A DNA stretch of 64,000 nucleotides from Orbicella franksi (lineage: Eukaryota): assembly GCA_964199315.1 (NCBI GenBank), contig OZ116701.1, positions 24,056,001 through 24,120,000 on the forward strand. Reading direction: 5' to 3'. A program made the translations under genes and the position numbers. Below the pieces are notes generated by a model, which worked only from the letters and a program-made list of their open reading frames with translations, did no database searches and was not told the origin of the DNA. Positions 61,489 to 64,000 of this stretch are shown piece after piece. Each line of letters opens with the position of its first letter. Positions within the stretch are counted from its first letter, which is position 1.

Positions 61489-62912
61489 TGTTGCTCTAGG
61501 GCAGAGAAGTCAAGTCCGCCAGAAGTTCCGGAAGGATCCTAGTTGGGTGAAGCTGTGCATCCGGGACCAACTGCCTGAAGTCCTGCCAACAAAAGTGAGA
61601 CAAAGCATCAACTATCTGATTGTTAACCCCAGGTACATGTTGTGCAGAAAAGGAAAACTATGATGAGCAGCTGCAAGAAGCAGGCTGTCCAGTAATCGCA
61701 TCAAACAAGGTACTTTAGAAGTCCTGGAATTCAAAACATGGACAACAGCATCGTTGTCTGAACAGAAAAGGGCATGCTTCTTGCACCACATGTGCCCCCA
61801 AACATGAGCAGTGATGACAACTGGAAAGAGCTCTTTATAAGCAATGGACTGCTGCTGTTGAGAAGGAGCCCAGGAACCAGCAAACCAAAGGCCCTTGAGG
61901 TACACTCCATAACCAATTGATCCAGCTGCATCAGAAGCCACCTCGATGTCTGCCTCTGGCAATAAACCTGGGAACAGCCAAAAGCTAACACCATGCCAAT
62001 CTGACAAAAATTGGTGCCACCACAGAAGGTCCAAGTGAAATTCCCTGTTAGAGTGAACTGGGTGATCCCTTTTGCAAAAACAGCATAACAGGTCAATCAT
62101 GCAACGTAAGAAAGTTCTCCCAGGCCAGACCACTTTTGCCGCATGATGCAGATGGCCAATGAGAGATTCCAACTCCTGCCTATTGCACCATTTTCGAGAA
62201 ACCTAAGAAGTAATGAGATCTCGCAAAGCGGACAATTTCTCAGCGGGGAGACGAGCAATTTGATTAAAGGAATCCAGCTCAATACCTAGGACCCCGAGCA
62301 CAGTGAAGGGTCCACACACTTGCCGGGGTGAAGTGCCAAGCCCAAACGTCTGCATACTGACTCTGCAATGCTCAAGTTGTGCGCACACTGAGATTACTCA
62401 GGAGGGCCAGCAGTGATGAAGTCGTCAAGGTAGTGCAGCAGGTCTGGAATCTGGTAAGAATGCATGAGGATCCACTCAACCATGTCTGCTATCGAATTGA
62501 AGATAAAAGGAACTGATCGAAAGCCAAAGGGGAGAGCCAGATCCACCTAGTACTGATTACGCCACTTCATCCCCAGCAAATAACGGTCAGATGGATGAAC
62601 AGGAACATTGCGGTAAGCAGACTTGACATCAAATTTAGCCATGAGGGGCCCCCTTTCCCAGTCAAGACACTAGGCGAATAATTTGATCCACAGTTATGTA
62701 GTGGAGGGTAAACTCATCCGGGTTGATTCCATCATTGACACTAGCCCCCCCTGGGGAAGACAAGTCCACAATGAGTCGCCACTTTCCTGGTTGGCCCTTC
62801 TTTGGAATAACACCAAAGCTACTGACTTAGAAGTTGGGGAAGGGGGGAAATTGAAGGGGTCAGCCACCCTTCCCAACCACACCTCATTGGCTAAATAGTC
62901 GTCAATGACAGA

Positions 62913-63118
62913 TCTACATCTACATCTACATTTATGAAGTTGATAAAATCTTGGAAGACATCACATAAGAACTGTACATAAGAACTAAAATAGGATATAT
63001 ATATGAACATGCAAAAGTTAGATAAAAGTAAATGTGTCAAAATAACATGATAAATAAATAGTAATTCCTAGTTACAATTTACTTTACTCATTTCACATAC
63101 TTCCCTAAATTTAAATTG
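62913..63118 (-). mobile_element. About 205-bp AT-rich insertion in the Ngaro RT with a (TGTAGA)n tail; probably a truncated LINE 3' end
   Basis: Splits NKPSAHQH from SVIDDYLANEV; tctacatctacatctaca at the low-coordinate end. Confidence 0.5.
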
Positions 63119-64000
63119 ATGCTGGTGAGCAGATGGTTTGTTTTTATTAGCTTCCTGAAGCTTTTGGGCCGGGCGGAAGCCCAATTTGAACCCGTGACGG
63201 ATTCCATCCAATACAAATTGAACCTCCTGTTGATGGGGATGGAGCCGCAACTCCCAGGGAAACTGCTCCGTCTGCAGAGGAGTGACTGTTGAAACTGGGG
63301 GAAGAGGAGCTAGGAAAGGAACACAAATAGAACGGGGTCAATAAATGCCCCATAAAATCTAACCCCAACCCAAACCCCTTAATTGATGCACATCCCGGTC
63401 AATAACAAATGCCACGAAAATAAAACTGACGCAACTAGATTTAATTCAAGCACAAAAGGTCAAGAAATACAAGTGGTAAATATGCCATCCTAAAATGAAA
63501 GAACAACAACATAGTGTGGTGGGAAATAACAAACATAATGCAGCAAATGACAAACAACAACCTGATAGTGTCTAATCGCACCTAAACATGCTGCTAGAAG
63601 TCCTCCACCCTAACAACAAAGTCAAAACAGTAAGGGATGGCCTAATGACAATTATTAGAGTCTAATATTTCAATCGCTTAGCACCTGGACTTGCTGCTCA
63701 AGCGAGAAGGAGAAGAGTCAGCTTGCCGCTTGGGTGAAGTTCGGGACTGGCTTGGTGGCTTGCCAGGGCAAGCTCCAACGCGGTTTGGACCAAACCAGCT
63801 GGAGCATTTGTGGGCAAAACGGCATGAAGAAGAAGGAGCAACACAACGGCCTTGGTTCCACGATTTGCAAATAATATGGGAAGATGAAGCTCCATGTGGC
63901 TCCGTGGATTCATCTGACAGTTCACAGCTGGCACAGACAGAGGCCCCAGCCGCATGGAAATTAAACAACTGGACATTTATGGCAGACCAGTCCGTCAAGT

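Larger units (their letters stand above)
59479..64000 (-). mobile_element. Ngaro-type tyrosine-recombinase retrotransposon; 5' end beyond the window
   Basis: Gag (DWSAINVQLFNFHAAG, ICKSWNQGRC...CRFAHKC); RT (HYLDDF near 62420); RNase H (VASDAAGSIGYG, AYKELFPV, SDNDAVV); YR (HSFCIGAAT, GRWSSNAY); no MT domain. Split repeats B1 about 60196-60313 and B2 about 59479-59825. Confidence 0.9.

Overview
Eukaryotic, AT-rich window that resembles a cnidarian (probably coral) genome; this is inferred from the transposon families present. It is almost entirely a graveyard of nested, mostly decayed transposable elements. I see no intact host gene, rRNA/tRNA gene or CRISPR array. The left third is a nest that can be resolved to the base: a PAT-type tyrosine-recombinase retrotransposon (5617-23572, split direct repeats) is interrupted in its gag by a BEL/Pao LTR element (6031-19128, GTAC TSD). 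The BEL 3' LTR holds a PIF/Harbinger transposon (6110-11741, TAA TSD), which holds a Kolobok-like non-autonomous element (10190-11654, TTAA TSD). The BEL 3' UTR holds a 1.6-kb foldback element with a 7-bp TSD (12013-13627). Further right are piggyBac, BEL, Ngaro, Penelope and LINE fragments, a Sola2-like transposon, a Polinton capsid fragment, an ISL2EU-like element (THAP/DDE plus SAP-SWIM-YqaJ), a full-length Ty3/Gypsy element (40244-44825), RPA-like OB-fold remnants, a second Kolobok-like copy, a Helentron (Rep-Hel-EN) split by a solo LTR, and an Ngaro element running off the right edge. The best novelty candidates are: a spliced 8-Cys zinc-finger plus Myb/SANT second protein in the Harbinger; the Galileo-like foldback; the RPA-like mobile gene; and a strong minus-strand bias of the TE fragments, suggestive of a piRNA-cluster-like locus. 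Family names come from motif recognition by eye and all counts are hand counts. No database search was run.
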